Source of the DNA: Octopus vulgaris
Lineage: Eukaryota
Assembly: GCA_951406725.2 (NCBI GenBank)
Contig: OX597827.1
Coordinates: 58,590,001 to 58,654,000 of the forward strand
Direction of reading: 5' to 3'
Length of the DNA: 64,000 nucleotides
A program made the translations under genes and the position numbers. Below the pieces are notes generated by a model that worked only from the letters and a program-made list of their open reading frames with translations, was not told where the DNA came from and searched no databases. Shown one piece after another: positions 24,379 through 39,070 of this stretch. Within the stretch, counting starts at the first letter, position 1; every line of letters starts with the position of its first letter.

Positions 24379-26744
24379 ATTTAAAGAAAACATCATACAA
24401 ATGGAAGTAGCAAGAAAATTAATGGGAGCTAGAAAGCAGAATGTTACATACGAGATAGTAGCAGAAACATACATTGCAGTTATTTACGCATCACAAAAAT
24501 TTAAAGAATTTAGGAAAAAAAAAGCCATTTCTTGGCAAATCTTTCATGGATGAACAAACTCTTGTAACAATAAAAGAACTGAAACAGTTATCTTATTTAA
24601 AGACTATCACACAGAGGTGAATAGTATCATTGATAGATTGAAAATTATAATATCCTTTTGATTGTATTTTTGCAGTTATTTTACCATTTTAGCCTAGCTT
24701 GAAGCAGCATCTTTCTTAACTTTTATTTTTCAATGCCGCTTGAAAGGGCATCCAGCCACAGAAACAATGCCAAAGACGACATTGGAGCCTAACATGGCCT
24801 TGTAGCTTACTTGTTTCAGTTAAACCATCCAGCCCATGCTAGCATGGAAAGTGGACCTTAAATGATGTCATTGTATTCCATTTGGACCAACTTATTAATC
24901 GAAAATATGGGCTCCTATCTATTTTCTATAGCTAGGATATCAAGGTGTAAGACTAATAATATACGTGTCCTGAGTTTCCCCAGTGAAACAGGGAATGGCA
25001 GGTATCTTGGTGAATTCCTCCATCCAATAGTTCCTTAGAATTGATGGACTTCACATTGTGAATAAGAACTTTTGGTTGTAACTGAGAGAGTGCTTAAGCA
25101 AACATTGTGACCTTTCTTGGGACTACGCAGCCCAAGCAAAGTGAAATATAGGACCAATGGATGTCTTTAACAAATCAAACAAACTTTATTTCTTATATTC
25201 TATTATGCTTTGAATTTCGCTAAATAACCTCTGGAACTTTTCGCTTACAACAATAAGATCTTGTTGACTTTTCTCCAACCAGTTGAAATATTTCAAATTT
25301 TCAAGATTATTTAAAAGAAAAAATGTAGTTTGTCATACTGATGACAACAATTACTTTTTTTTTTCTTTCTAGTAATTAAAAATAAAGCTACATCATCAGT
25401 GTTATTTGATAAAATTCTGGTGAAAATTTGAACTACTTCAAGTAGTTGGAACAAATTTAACAAGATCCCAATTATAACTTTTCAGAGGTTCTGTTTGTTT
25501 ATATTTCCCCACTTTTTTTTTACTCCTATTTTTCTTTTTTGTTTTTCCTCCTCTATATTCAAGAGGTTGTAGCATCAGGATTTATAATACTCAAAATAAG
25601 TTTAAGAGTTGGTTTTTGGTTTTAATATTTGAAGTAGCAACATGCTTTTAAAATCTATTTCATTATCCAGCCTATTTCAGCTTAAATACAACAAACACAA
25701 GGAAACATACCTTCCCCCATCTCTCTATCCCTCACACAAATCTATTCATGTAAATAGGGAGCAGGTCTTCTTATAGATGTATTATATTGAAAGCAACTAT
25801 AAAGTTTTTTGCTTTTTATTTGTTGGATCCTGTCAAATTGTCCGACCTATACCAGAATATATCATGGACACTAAATGATGGTAAAGAATTTTCATAATTT
25901 TTATCCCCCAAAGTCTACATAGTTCTTATCATATCACTAAAACCATAACACAATAATTTTTCTGAAACCTCTACATTTTTTGATTTTGTTTTTTTTTTGT
26001 TTTAGTGTTTTAACACTTTTACTTTGTATTTGTCTTCTTGTATGATATTAAATTATGAATTATTGCTATTGGTTGCTGATAAATCTAACTTTAATTCCGT
26101 GTATATGTGTGTCTTTTTAAAATTTATTTATTTGTTTTATTGGGCGAGCATGTATCATTACTAAAATCAGAGCTGAATGCTTAATTTTAGACATACCAAG
26201 AAAAAATATACACAAATCTGAAGGTTTATTTTTTGTTCCATTGAACTTTCCACTGTAATGGATATGTATTGTGATTTTACTGTTTTTCTTTATAAAAATA
26301 AAAACTCAAATTGGTGGTGAATGGGATGGGAGGGTGGTACTCTCTGATATATATGAGAGGGCAGAGAATTGTTATCCAGCAAATTTAGAGGCTTTTTTTT
26401 TTCTAATTTAAGAAATTTTCTGAAGAAAGACTCAAGACAAATAGTCAGATAAAAATAATCTTTAAACAAAACCAAACTGTTTATGTGATATGGGATTAGC
26501 TGAGAATATTTCTCTGTCTTGATCAAGTTTTGAACAACGGGGTCACATTTCACTTTTTGTTTCTTCATTATAAAGTACAGTAAAATAAAGTGTAAAAACT
26601 GTGCCCTTTCTTTTTCCTTCTTCCTCTTGCTGCTAACACACCAGGTTAACCCTTTCATTTTAATTTACATTTGTTTTTGTTTTTCTGTGGAAATGTTTTT
26701 GGTAAATATCTTGGACTTTCTCTATATGCAATCTTCTGTGGAAA

Positions 26745-26750
26745 AATAAA
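26745..26750 (+). terminator. Candidate distal poly(A) signal
   Basis: AATAAA after a T-rich repeat-poor block, followed by CA and GT/T-rich sequence (ttgtcttgattattgttctcgttttg). Lies close to the CpG-decay boundary. Confidence 0.4.
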
Positions 26751-27549
26751 ACTTTTACAATCAATCAATTATTATTTTACATTGTCTTGATTATTGTTCT
26801 CGTTTTGATTGACTTTCTACAATATTAGTGTCCTGCCTTCATACCTTCAATAATATATCTTCATTGATCAGTAACATTCAAAAGAAAGCCCCCTTTTTCT
26901 TTTCTTACTTAATACAGGTTGATGTCGACTTACCACGATTGGTTCTGACTGACTAGTCGTAATTCGGCCTATAGGCCTACATAGCTTTGTTTTATATTTT
27001 CACATTTTTAAGGTACATCTTAGGTAAGTCACACATAGTTTTCTGTATTATACTACAACAGTGTTATTTGTTCAGAGTCTCAAGCAGTCATCTAATAAAC
27101 AAATGTGTGGTTGCCTTGATGTCTCTGCAATGGGATATTCATCTAACACTTGAGATAACCACAGTGGCAATCGAACACCAAACCTAGGGCAAGCGTTTGT
27201 TAGCTGCCATCATCTGTAGACAGGTTAATTTAAAAGAAATTAAACCCATTAGATTTCAACTGGATTATATATTATTGCTGCCGGGAGCTGGCACGCCAAT
27301 CATTGTAAAGTCGATTGGTTGTAAGTCAACGATGACCTGTCCCAGTACTTTTTTTCCACTGCCTGCACTGTTTCAGCATTCACAGCTATTGAAAACTGTC
27401 TCGAAGAAGGAGGAAAATGTGAATTTGGTCTCTAGTCCTTAGAGTAGAAAAGATTATATTATACTGTATTGTTGCTGGGTCAAAACTTGAGTATATTTAA
27501 ATTTATTCGTACGAAAATAACATTATTTATGGTATTATTATGGGTGTGT

Positions 27550-27875
27550 GAAGGTGCATGATTCAGTGGTTCGAGCGTTGAGCTCACAATCATGAGGTAG
27601 TAAGTTCAATCCCCGTACCATGCTGTGTTCTTGGGCAAGACACTTAATTTCACATTGCTCCAGTTCACTCAGCTGTAGAAATGAGTTACGACATCGCTGG
27701 TGCTAAGCTGTATCGGCCTTTGCCTTTCCCTTGAATAATATGGAGAGAAGAGGCTGGTATGCATGGGCGACTGCTGGTCTTCCATAAACAGCGTTGCCCA
27801 GACTTGTACCTCGGAAGGTCACTCTCTAGGTGCAATCCCATGGTGATTCATAGCTGAAGGAGTTCTTTACCCTTT
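27550..27875 (+). mobile_element. SINE family C, CpG-decayed
   Basis: Colinear with 9670 copy. Confidence 0.85.
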
Positions 27876-28084
27876 TATGGTTGTGTGGTTAAGATGCTCC
27901 CTTTGGAACCAAATGGTTTTGGTTTCAACAAACGTCTTCCTTCATTCTATAACCCTGGGCAGACCAATGTGGACTTGGTAGATGAAAACTGCATGGAAGC
28001 TCTTCATATATATATATGTATGTTTGTGTTTCTCCTCCCACTACCACTGCTTGACAACTGTTGTTAGTTTGTTTACGTCCCTGT

Positions 28085-28374
28085 AACTTGTTTGTTGTTT
28101 GTTTGTTCCTTCTCGAGCCATGCCTGCCTCATAGGGCCGGTTTCCTGGTTTCCTTGGCGTACAGGTTTCCCACCTGGACGGGACGCCAGTCCGTCGCAGG
28201 TGAGCTGCAAGATGCAGGAGGAAAGAGTGAGCAGAAGTTCGCCATTATATTCTGCCAGAGCCGCGTGGAGCTTAGGTGTTTTGTTCAGAAACACACATCG
28301 CCCGGTCTGAGATTCGAACCCACGATCCCTCGACCGCGAGTCCACTGCTCTAACCACTAGATTATGTGTCTCCA
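28085..28374 (-). mobile_element. tRNA-derived SINE (C2 type)
   Basis: Minus strand tctagtggttagagcagtggactcgcggtcg...ggttcgaatctc. Related copies at 28607-28907 (-), 50356-50620 (+), 55553-55799 (+). Confidence 0.85.
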
Positions 28375-28606
28375 AAAGACACCGAAAAAATGACTACCAA
28401 ACTAAAACAATAAGTACATGTTGCCTCGTTTATCACTGATTCATTAATCAGTGATCCGGTATATCATGGTACACCCAGTTGTGAACCATGTTACACTTAT
28501 AATGGATTGAGCTGCGATAGCACGAGTTGACGATCAGTTGAAGGCTCTGCTTGTATTGCAAAAAACAAATCCTTGCGACTACCCACAAAGCTCTTTCTTC
28601 TCGCCC

Positions 28607-28907
28607 TTTTCAAGCCTAACCAGGGTCATGGGCCCGGTTTCCTGGTTTCTGTGGCGTATGTGTTCCCCCCCCCCCAGCTGAACGGGACGCCAGTCCATCG
28701 CAGCGTTACTCAAGAAACAGGAAGAGAGATTGAGAGAAAGTTGTGGTGAAAGAGTACAACAGGGGTCGCCACCACTCCCTGTCGGAGCTTCGTGAAGCCT
28801 TTAGGTGTTTTTGCTCAAACACACACAAACGCCCGGTCTGGGAATTGAAACCGCGATCCTCCGACTGCGAGTCCGCTGCCCTAACCACTGGACCATTGCG
28901 CCTCCAC
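28607..28907 (-). mobile_element. tRNA-derived SINE (C2 type)
   Basis: Reverse complement of the 50356 copy (ggaggcgcaatggtccagtg.ttagggcagcggactcgcag). Confidence 0.85.
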
Positions 28908-30116
28908 ACCTACAAAGCTCAGCTATCCATAATGCAGTGATCATTGCTCATCTTCATATCACCGTCCTACAAGACTGTGTACTTTTTATATGGATTCACT
29001 TACTCATACCGATCAACATGGGATCTGTGAATAGGAAAAATACGAGTGTGTTCTCAGCAAGCATGGTCATCCTTTTCCGAGAAGCGAGCTGCATGCAACA
29101 TGGCTTCAGGTGGCCCACACTACAAAAAAAAAAAAAAAAATCAAGGTAATTTTTCGTAATTCAGAAAGTCCCATGGGCTGCATTTTGCCCACTGCTACTC
29201 TGCTTTATAAAGTGGTTGACAATAAAAAGCGCTTCAGTTGCAGAAACTACACAAAAATCTGAATGTGAAACTGATCCATGGATCTCAACCTGTCTAAGAA
29301 GACAATAATTCAAATTTTAAAAGGATGACTTCAATTGCAACTATTTGTTTAACCCATGACAGCAAGGAGAAGCATTTTCCATGTTTAAAATTATCAGAAA
29401 ATAATGTTCTTATTTTAAAAAATTACTAAACCGGAATTTCTGTCCAAAATGTCATCATCATCATCATCCCGATCATTTAACGTCCGCTTTCCATGCTGGC
29501 ATGGGTTGGACAGTTTGATTGAAAACTGGTAAGCCGGGGGGGGGGGGTTGTACCGGGTTCCGATCTGATTTGGTAAGGTTTCTATGGCTGGATGCCCTTC
29601 CTAACACCAACCTCTCAGAGTGTAGTGGGTGTTTTTTATGTGCTACTTTTGTTAAGGTATCAAAAATGTTTGGGGATGTTTAAAAATCAATTTGTATGAG
29701 TTAGAATTTAGCATTTTAGCCAAATTAGAGAGGAGGTGATGTCAGCAGTACAAGGGTAATTTGAAATCGGGCTCAAGCTACCCACTGGTAGTAATTTCAA
29801 ATCGATTTTCGGATTACCAGGAGATAACTTAGTCTTTACACTGGGCCGACCAAAATTTTATGATTGGATTTGATAGACGGAAACTGAACAAAGCCTGTCA
29901 TATAGGTGTGTGTTGTGTTTGTCCCTCATCGCTTCCTGTCAACCCGTAACTTAATGATTCGATGAAAGACACGAACAAATAGAATAAGCATCAGACTTTA
30001 AAAAAGTTCTCAGTTCGATTAGTTTGACTAAACCTTTCACGTTCGCGCCCCACATGGCCGCACACCAATGATTGAAACAAGTAAAAGACTAAACGTAAAA
30101 ATTAATTTATCCATAA

Positions 30117-30486
30117 CTAGCAGTATCGCCCGAGATTGCTCGGGATTGTTTCGACCCTTTAGAATTGGAATTTTTGAAAAGTCAAAAGTTTGCATTATGC
30201 AGCTTGTTATTCTCTTTAAGTGAACATTTTTCTGGTTGAAATACACCGAAAAATGGCGACACAGCAGTCAAAAAATCGTAAAAAATGGATTTTCATAGAA
30301 AAAAAAGCACCTTTTTGATGTAAATAATTTTTGGTGTTAACATGGTCCAAATTGAATTTCATCTTCTACGGAATGAAGAGCAAGCCTCAATTTTGGTCAA
30401 CTTCCGCCGCAGGGTTTCGGAGGAGATAGTGTTAGTTGAAGGCTACCAAACCTGCCATACACAGACAACTTCAGCTTTATATATAA
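30117..30486 (-). mobile_element. Non-autonomous Helitron
   Basis: Minus-strand 3' end has hairpin cccgagcaatctcggg about 9 nt before CTAG, then T. Same terminus as the 51035 copy. Confidence 0.75.
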
Positions 30487-31447
30487 AATTTCATTCATTT
30501 ATCATTATAAACACCAGGAAGGATCTTCCTCTGTTTGACCATAAGCATATATATTTCCATAGTGTGTCGTAACAACATCGCTCTGTCCAGATATGGTTGT
30601 CCACTCTGAGTCGACGAAACAACTGATCACACAGGAATTTACAAAGCTCTGGGGAGCAGGGTATTGAAGGAAACAATGAAATAAAACGCATTAAGTACCA
30701 GTAAGTGATGGAGAAGCACGAAAACAGAATTGAAAGACGTTTAACAAAACCAATTTTTAGTAATAAAGGTATGTAATGTTGCTGATGTATAAATTGCAGT
30801 CAGGTCTGATACAGTATGTCTTCTGTTAAATGAATTCAAGATGGATAATAATAAACGAATTCAGTGACAAGTTAGAATTGTCGTGTGTGTGTGTGTGTGT
30901 TTGTGTGTCTGTGTTTGTCCCCCAAACATCGCTTGACAACCGATGCTGGTGTGTTTACGTCCCCGAAACCTAGCGGTCCGGCAAAAGAGACGACGATAGA
31001 ATAAGTACTAGGCTTACAAAGAATAAGTCCTGGGGTCGATTTGTTAGACTAAAGGCGGTGCTCCAGCATGGCCGCAGTCAAATGACTGAAACAAGTAGAA
31101 GAGAGTAAAAGAGAGTACCCCCATAATTCGAAATATAAATAATAATTAACCCTAAAATATTCATTTCATTTTTCAAAGTGGAACAAAACCAACAGTAAGA
31201 TGGAAAATTACGTTTATTTTTGTATAATTCCATTTCATTTTTATTTGAGATGTTTTCTCTTACTTTTTCTTTAATTGCGAAGTCTTTCACCAGATTCTCA
31301 AAATTATCTTACGTAACACATCTGCTTCTAAACTTAGTAGAAACAAGGCATCCAGCCTTCCTCGTTGCACAGTTGTTCCGATGGGATTTTTAATATGCTT
31401 CAACTGAGAAAATGAACGTTCAGCCGTGCAATTTGTGACCATTAATA

Positions 31448-31651
31448 CTCTTTTACTCTTTTACTTGTTTCAGTCATTTGACAGTGGCCATGCTGGAGCA
31501 CCGCCTTTAGTCGAGCAAATCGACCCCCAGGACTTATTCTTTGTAAGCCTAGTACTTATTCTTTCGGTCTCTTATGCCGAACCGTTAAGTTACAGGTACG
31601 TAAACACACCAACATCGGTTGTCACGTGGTGTTGGGGGGACAAACACAGAA

Positions 31652-31717
<66 letters not shown>

Positions 31718-31851
31718 GACAGGCTTCTTTCAGTTTCTGTCTACCAAATCCACTCACAAGGCTTTGGTCGGCCCGAGACTATAGTAGAAGACACTTTGTC
31801 CAAGGTGTCCCGCAGTGGGACTGAACCGGGAACCATGTGGTTGGTAAGCAA
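31448..31851 (-). mobile_element. SINE family A
   Basis: Reverse complement of family A with internal (TA)n. Confidence 0.9.
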
Positions 31852-32119
31852 GACGAAAGGTAATGTCAACATTTGGAAAAGCACACTCAATAATGTTTAT
31901 TTTAGCAAATTTAAAGTGATTTCTTTTGTACCGTAAACCGTTTACCATTTCTGTGACCCCCTCCCCACCCTTGATGCCTAAGCATATGCTGATTTTATTT
32001 ATTGGTTAATCCAGTACCGAATCAAAGCCACCATAATGACTGGTCGCGAAAAGGGAAATGTTTTTATTCCATGCATTTCCTGCATTGCACCAGAAATGCT
32101 ATTAAAATGCTATTAACAA

Positions 32120-32346
32120 GGCGGCGAGCTGGCAGAAACGTTAGCACGCCGGGCGAGATGCTTTGTGGTATTTCGTCTGCAGCTGCGTTCTGAGTTCAAA
32201 TTCCACCGAGGTCGACTTTGCCTTTCATCCTTTCGGTTTCGATAAATTAAGTACCAGTTACGCACTGGGGTCGATGTAATCGACTTAATCCCTTTGTCCT
32301 TGTTTGTCCCCTCTATGTTTAGTCCCTTGTGGGCAATAAAGAAATA
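32120..32346 (+). mobile_element. SINE family B with flanking direct repeat
   Basis: ggcggcgagctggcagaaacgttagc...; agaaatgctattaaaat occurs on both sides. Confidence 0.9.
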
Positions 32347-32855
32347 AGAAATGCTATTAAAATTTAAACGCCTTCTGTCTCTAGATACAATGTCCTTTTA
32401 CCATGACCATCAATAAGTCTCAATGACAGTCACTTAAGTTTTCTGAAGCTAAGCTTATCTGAAAGGCCTGTGCTTCTTTCAGAAATCAGTTTCCTGTTAA
32501 GTGCTCACCTGTTGAACCAAGAGCGCAAAACTGCAGAACAAGAAGTATAGTCTGGCATTTAAAAAAAAAAAGATCCCCGCAGTTTCGTTAGAATTACTTC
32601 CCTTTTATGAGTTGAATAATTATTTAGAATTATAAGTAGAAATATCTAATGTAAAACAAAGACACAAGGCATCACTCATCGTAAAAACCTGTCATCGTCC
32701 CTATTGTTGTCAACCACTGATTGAGCACCTATTGGGCTTTTTTTAAAAATAAAGGCTATGATTTGAGCAACGGCGAAGCGAAAAGCCATTGAGAAAGCTA
32801 AAGTGTTGTTGTAGTCGTTGCTGCTGCTGCTGCTGTTGTTGTTGTTGTTGTTGTT

Positions 32856-33051
32856 AAGCAACAAGACGGGTAAGGGTGATTAGGTGATGGTCTAGGGCTT
32901 ATGGTCGGGAGACCCCAGACCTTGGGGGAAAAAAAACAACTTTGGTCGTCTTGTTGTAGTCGAGGGCTCTTTGTTGACGCCCGACACCACTGGGAGGTGG
33001 CCCTCGAAGTCGCTGGAAATGGAGATCTCCAGGTCCAAATTCTTGAACGGC
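32856..33051 (-). mobile_element. ~195-bp short element with (AAC)n tail, copy 1
   Basis: Closely matches 39712-39903 end to end. Both copies sit in trinucleotide repeats. Confidence 0.8.
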
Positions 33052-33553
33052 TGCAGTCGTTGCTGTGGTCGTAGTCGAGGTTTTTGTGGTCGCCGTGATC
33101 GTTGTCGCCGCCGCCGCCGCTGCCGCATCGACGTTCCTGTTAACAGCCGACTGAGCAAATCCCTATCTCATCCGTCTTTTTTGTATATTTATAACTTCAT
33201 TGTCCAATGTTTTTTCTCTCTTTTATTTCGCAATCTGTGTATCATACCTAAAGTAGATACATCGCTGAAAGCCTAGTAAATTGCAGCATCTTTTATGGAC
33301 GTACATTGCTAAAAAAAACACAGATATATCAGTAGCGGACAAAGATCGTCTGGCACCGGCTGTGGTGGTATAGTTAAATGCGCATTTCTACTTCCATGGG
33401 CTTCATCAGTAGTAACTGTCTACAAGCAAATGCATGCTTAGACGAAATCAGCTGCTACCGACAGAGTAAAAGAGTGATTAAAAAAGTAGTGATGTCGCAA
33501 TTAGTCTGCAGGCTGAATAAAAATTCGTCATGTGCGATAGAAGCAGTGGATAC

Positions 33554-33598
33554 TTGCTACTGACGAAGCCCCAAAAGGCAGAAATACACATTTAGCAG
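33554..33598 (+). ncRNA. Decayed hammerhead ribozyme motif
   Basis: TGCTA-CTGACGA-a-GCC(ccaaaa)GGC-a-GAAA-T(acac)A-TT-TAGCA: stem I TGCTA/TAGCA, stem II GCC/GGC. Confidence 0.6.
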
Positions 33599-34259
33599 TG
33601 CCACCACAGCTGTTGGGCGATTTTCATAGGCTTCTGATATATTCCTGCCTTTTTCCTTTAACGTGCATACACGTTTATAAAAGATGCTATCTCGAGACGA
33701 ATATTACAGTTTAGCAGGCTTTCAACAATGTATCTGCTTTATGTATGATACACGGATAGCAATTTTGAACTAATACTGTTTCTGTCACACATAACGAATT
33801 TTTTCCCCTTCCATTCAATTAAAATTATAGTGTATAATTTGAGGTCGCTTTGGTTCCTATTCCGAACACTTCAAGCGACTGGGGAGTGAAGGTTCCCATT
33901 TCTCTGCGTATTGTAATTTTCTAAAGGCACGATATTGCGTCTGTGATGAGATACGAACTATCGACGCTTTATTTAGATGCCATGTGTCCTTATTGAACTA
34001 GGCAACCGTTGAATTTAGCCGTCGAATTCCCTACATGTAAATAACTCACTTTAATGAAGCAGCCCGTTAACTGTTGTCGTGTAAAACACAATGTTTTATA
34101 AGCAGAGTTTGCTGTTGTTAGCGCATTTAATGAGCGAATCAACGTCTCCATCCTATGTCCAACACATACCGCGACATCACTCACACGTTGCATCTATTTA
34201 CTTATTTACGACTTTGGTTAGACAAGTTCATCACCGTCAATGATATGCAGTGTGACTTT

Positions 34260-34274
34260 GCGTGCGTGCGTGTG

Positions 34275-34309
<35 letters not shown>

Positions 34310-34578
34310 GTGCGTGTGTATGTGTGTGTGTGTGTTTGTGTGTGTATTTGCGTGTGTTTGTGTTTGTGTGTGTGTGTATTGGTGTATGTGTATGTATTTG
34401 TGTGTGTATTTGCGTGTGTGTGTGTTTGGGAGTGTGTTTGTGTGTGTGTATTTGCGTGTGTGTGTGTGTGTGTATTTGCGCGTGTGTGTGTGTGTGTTTG
34501 TGTTTGTGTGTGTGTTTGTGTGTGTATTTGCGTGTGTGTATTTGCGTGTGTGTGTGTTTGTGTGTGTATTTGCGTGTG

Positions 34579-34611
<33 letters not shown>

Positions 34612-35045
34612 TTGTGTGTGTGTATTTACGTGTGTGTGTGTGTGTATGTATTCGCGTGTGTGTTTGTGTTTGTGTGTGTGTGTCTGTATTTGCGCGCGCG
34701 CGTGTGTGAGTGTTAGCCTTTGTATATGTGTGCGTTAGTGTTTTTGTGTATGTGTTTGCATTTGCGTATGTGTGCGAAAGTGGGAAGATACGTTCACGTA
34801 CGTGCGTGTGCGTACTTGTGTCTGCGAGTGTATGAGTGTGTCTGTGTGTGTGTGTGTGTTCATGTATGCAATAGATATAGTGTATAAACGAGAGCCAATA
34901 TCCGTGCGCTTATTATGCATCTATATGTCCATTCCTGCAATAGTTATGTGCATGTGTATGAACAAATATATATATATATCTGTGTGTGTGTGTGTGTATT
35001 TACATGTTTACATATGCAATAGGGTGAAGCATGTATGCATGTATG

Positions 35046-35079
<34 letters not shown>

Positions 35080-35154
35080 TGTATGTATGTATGTATGTAT
35101 GTATGTATGTATGTATGTATGTATGTATGTATGTATGTATGTATGCATGTATGC

Positions 35155-35185
<31 letters not shown>

Positions 35186-35345
35186 TGTGTGTATGTATGT
35201 ATGTATGAATGTATGTAAGAAACGTATAAGTTTGAGCAACAATGTCCACTGAAATAAGTTTTACATATTGACATATAGACTCACACACATATATACCCAA
35301 ACTCACACAACTCTCTCTCTACCTCTCTCTCTCTGCCTCTCTATT

Positions 35346-35376
<31 letters not shown>

Positions 35377-35907
35377 TTCTCTCTCTCTCTCACACATTCA
35401 TACACACTATCGACCAGCAATTTAAACAGTAGGGAGCAATAACAGGTATCGCATCTATGGAGGGTCCTTGCTCCTTATTTTCTATCCTATTTTTGTGTGG
35501 GCTGCCTTCATCCCTCCTCTCTCGTCCTCATTATCACAGTAATTGTTGTTGTTCTTGGTGTTGCTGATATTTGCGACAGGTTAAGGTTTAGGTATCATTT
35601 TAAAACACGTAGTTTGTGAGAAGTTATTAAAGGATGTTGGCCAGATTAAGCGAGGCTTTGTTCCCGACCCCTCTACCATACACCGTGTTACGCTTTTCGC
35701 TCAAATTGAAAAATTGACGATCTATATATATATATATACATATATATACTTGTGTGCGTATGTGCGTGTGTGTGTACATGAATAAAAACAGACATACGCA
35801 TATATATTGATAGATAGATAGATATATAGATAAGGAGATAGATAATAGATCTATGTGTGTGTATATATATATGTACATATGAGCAAATGTGCATGTGTGT
35901 ATGTATA

Positions 35908-35964
<57 letters not shown>

Positions 35965-36014
35965 TTATATGCATACGTATGTACATAAATATTTATAATT
36001 ATATATATATATAC

Positions 36015-36052
<38 letters not shown>

Positions 36053-36394
36053 ATATACATATATATGCATATATATATGCATACATAGATACATACACAC
36101 ACACATATCACACGCACATATATATATATACATTAGCGTTTATATGTATGCATAGATGCCTGAATACATATATGCATATGTGTATATATATATATGTGTG
36201 TGTGTGTGTAATTATATATATATATATGTATTTATATATATACATACACTTATATACACATAGACACATATACACATAAATATTTACACACACACACACA
36301 TATATATATAAATATATATATATATACATACATACACTTATACATATATATATGTATATATACATATATTTATATATGTGTGTGTGTGTGTGTG

Positions 36395-36431
<37 letters not shown>

Positions 36432-36527
36432 CTATATACATATATACAGATATGCATATGACAGCCATCATCTGTATATACACACACACACATATGCACA
36501 CATAGGCATTATATGTGTATGTATGTG

Positions 36528-36584
<57 letters not shown>

Positions 36585-38002
36585 ACATAAATACATACAT
36601 ACATACATACATACATACATACATACATACATACATGTACTCCTGTTAGTCACAGAGAGTTTTGAGATAAAGGCCAGTTCTGGACAGATAATGCTAATAG
36701 GACATCTCGGCCATGGAGATTTATGGAGCATATTTCTCTTCACTTGACTCAGGCAGTTGGGCATGTCAGCCCTTAAATACACACAACACCCGAAACTGTC
36801 ACCTCAATCATCACAACGTCCCCGCTCATTATTTCAACTGACGTGTCCACGCCAAATGATCTACAGGCGCCTTCAAACAAAAACACTCCTCTACTTTCGT
36901 TTTCGACTTGACCCATCGCCACCGTCGCCGTCCCCATCACTACGGCTTTATAAGTTTTATATATACGCTCTAGTCTTCCTCTTTCCGCCACCCTTTTGGC
37001 TATTCTCTGTCTGCCTGTCTGTCTGTCTCCTCTCTCTCTCTCTCTCTATATATATATCTTTCCCACTCTCACACACTCTCTTTATGTTTTTCGCTCTTTC
37101 TCTCATTCTCTCACTCCCATTCTATGTATGTATATATACATATACATATATACATACGCTATATACTCATATACATATACATACATATTTGTATTTATAT
37201 ACATATATATAAATATATAATTATGTACATATTAATATACACATGCATGCATACATACATATTTACACATACACACAAGCACACACACACGTATATGTAT
37301 TATAAAAGTATATAATAGATATATACATATATGTATATATACACATCTCTCCTCTCTCTATATACATACATGAAGATATACATACATAGACATACATACG
37401 TACGTACACACATGCAAGCATACATACATACATACATACATACATGCATGCATACATACATGCATGCATACATACATACACACATACATACATACATACA
37501 TACATACATACATACATACATACATACATACATACATACATGCATACATACATACATACATACATACATACATGCATACATACATATACATGTATGTATG
37601 CACACATACATTATATATTTTATCTATCAGCCTTTTTCTCTCTAATCAATCTATATTTTTATAATCTATTTTAACAAAAAAACTCTTTTTCTTTCTGGCC
37701 ACATGATCTCACCCCGCTCTCTCTCCCACTCTTTCTCTCTCCCTATTTCTTTCTCTACCTCTCTCTGCCTGTCTCTCTCTCTCTCTCTTTTTCCCCACTC
37801 TCACATACATTAATTCATTCTCTTTCTTTCCAACTCTCTCTTTTATCTTCTCTTCCTTACTCCGTCTTATACCGTTATTATATTTGTCTTACCAATAATC
37901 CACTTTTATCCTCCCCCCACTCCTTATTCTGATTTTAGCCTCTCGTTCATTCTGACCACCGACTCACCTTTCTTTTTTTGACCGCACCACTGCCACACCC
38001 GT

Positions 38003-38091
<89 letters not shown>

Positions 38092-38220
38092 TTATTCTTA
38101 CGTATTTTTAATTTTATTTCGCAGCCAACCCTCTTAACTCATCTTTTCTACCTATCAATCTCCCCACACCCTCTCTCTCTCTCTCTATATATATATATGA
38201 ATATATGCACATACATACAT

Positions 38221-38275
<55 letters not shown>

Positions 38276-38359
38276 CATATATATTCACATGCACTATTTC
38301 ATGTCATACATATATATGTATTATATATATATTAAATACATATATTATCATATATGTAC

Positions 38360-38401
<42 letters not shown>

Positions 38402-38630
38402 TATATACGCACACACATATATATATAATATAATATATGTGTGTATGTATAAATACATATAAATGTAGGTGTACGTATATGCATTATATTATATATATGT
38501 ACACACACACACACATATATGTATGTATGTATGTATGTATATACATACATACACATACGTATTGTGATTTCTTTTTATCGATCTTTCTATTATCTATTTT
38601 CTATCTAATTATCTATCTATCTATCCATCC

Positions 38631-38693
<63 letters not shown>

Positions 38694-38694
38694 C

Positions 38695-38733
<39 letters not shown>

Positions 38734-38830
38734 GCTTCAAACTTCTCGGGAGATGATGGGCAGTCAATTATACTTAGTGATAAGGTTGAGACCAACTTGG
38801 CCAGCAGCTTTTTACAAACGTCCGAAACGT

Positions 38831-38893
<63 letters not shown>

Positions 38894-38953
38894 CGTGCGT
38901 GTTAGTATCCGCAAGAGAGAGGGATAGTCAGAGAGGGGAGGAGAGAGAAGGAA

Positions 38954-38989
<36 letters not shown>

Positions 38990-38990
38990 A
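34260..38990. repeat. Dense microsatellite field: (TG)n, (TATG)n, (TA)n, (CT)n, (CA)n, (TCTA)n, (GA)n
   Basis: Seen directly. Explains the CV/YI/HT-rich ORFs. Confidence 0.97.
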
Positions 38991-39058
38991 GTGAAGGAGC
39001 GTGAGAGAGAGGGGGAAGGAGAGTGGGTGTAGTGGAAGAGAAGGGAAGATCGCTGGCG

Positions 39059-39070
39059 AAGATGGCCGCC
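39059..39070 (+). promoter_or_regulatory. YY1-like motif
   Basis: AAGATGGCCGCC matches AANATGGCNGC, after a (GA)n tract in locally CpG-containing sequence. Confidence 0.3.

Noticed and set aside
34155-38994. Long CV/YI/HT-rich ORFs
   Set aside because: Translations of di- and tetranucleotide microsatellites.
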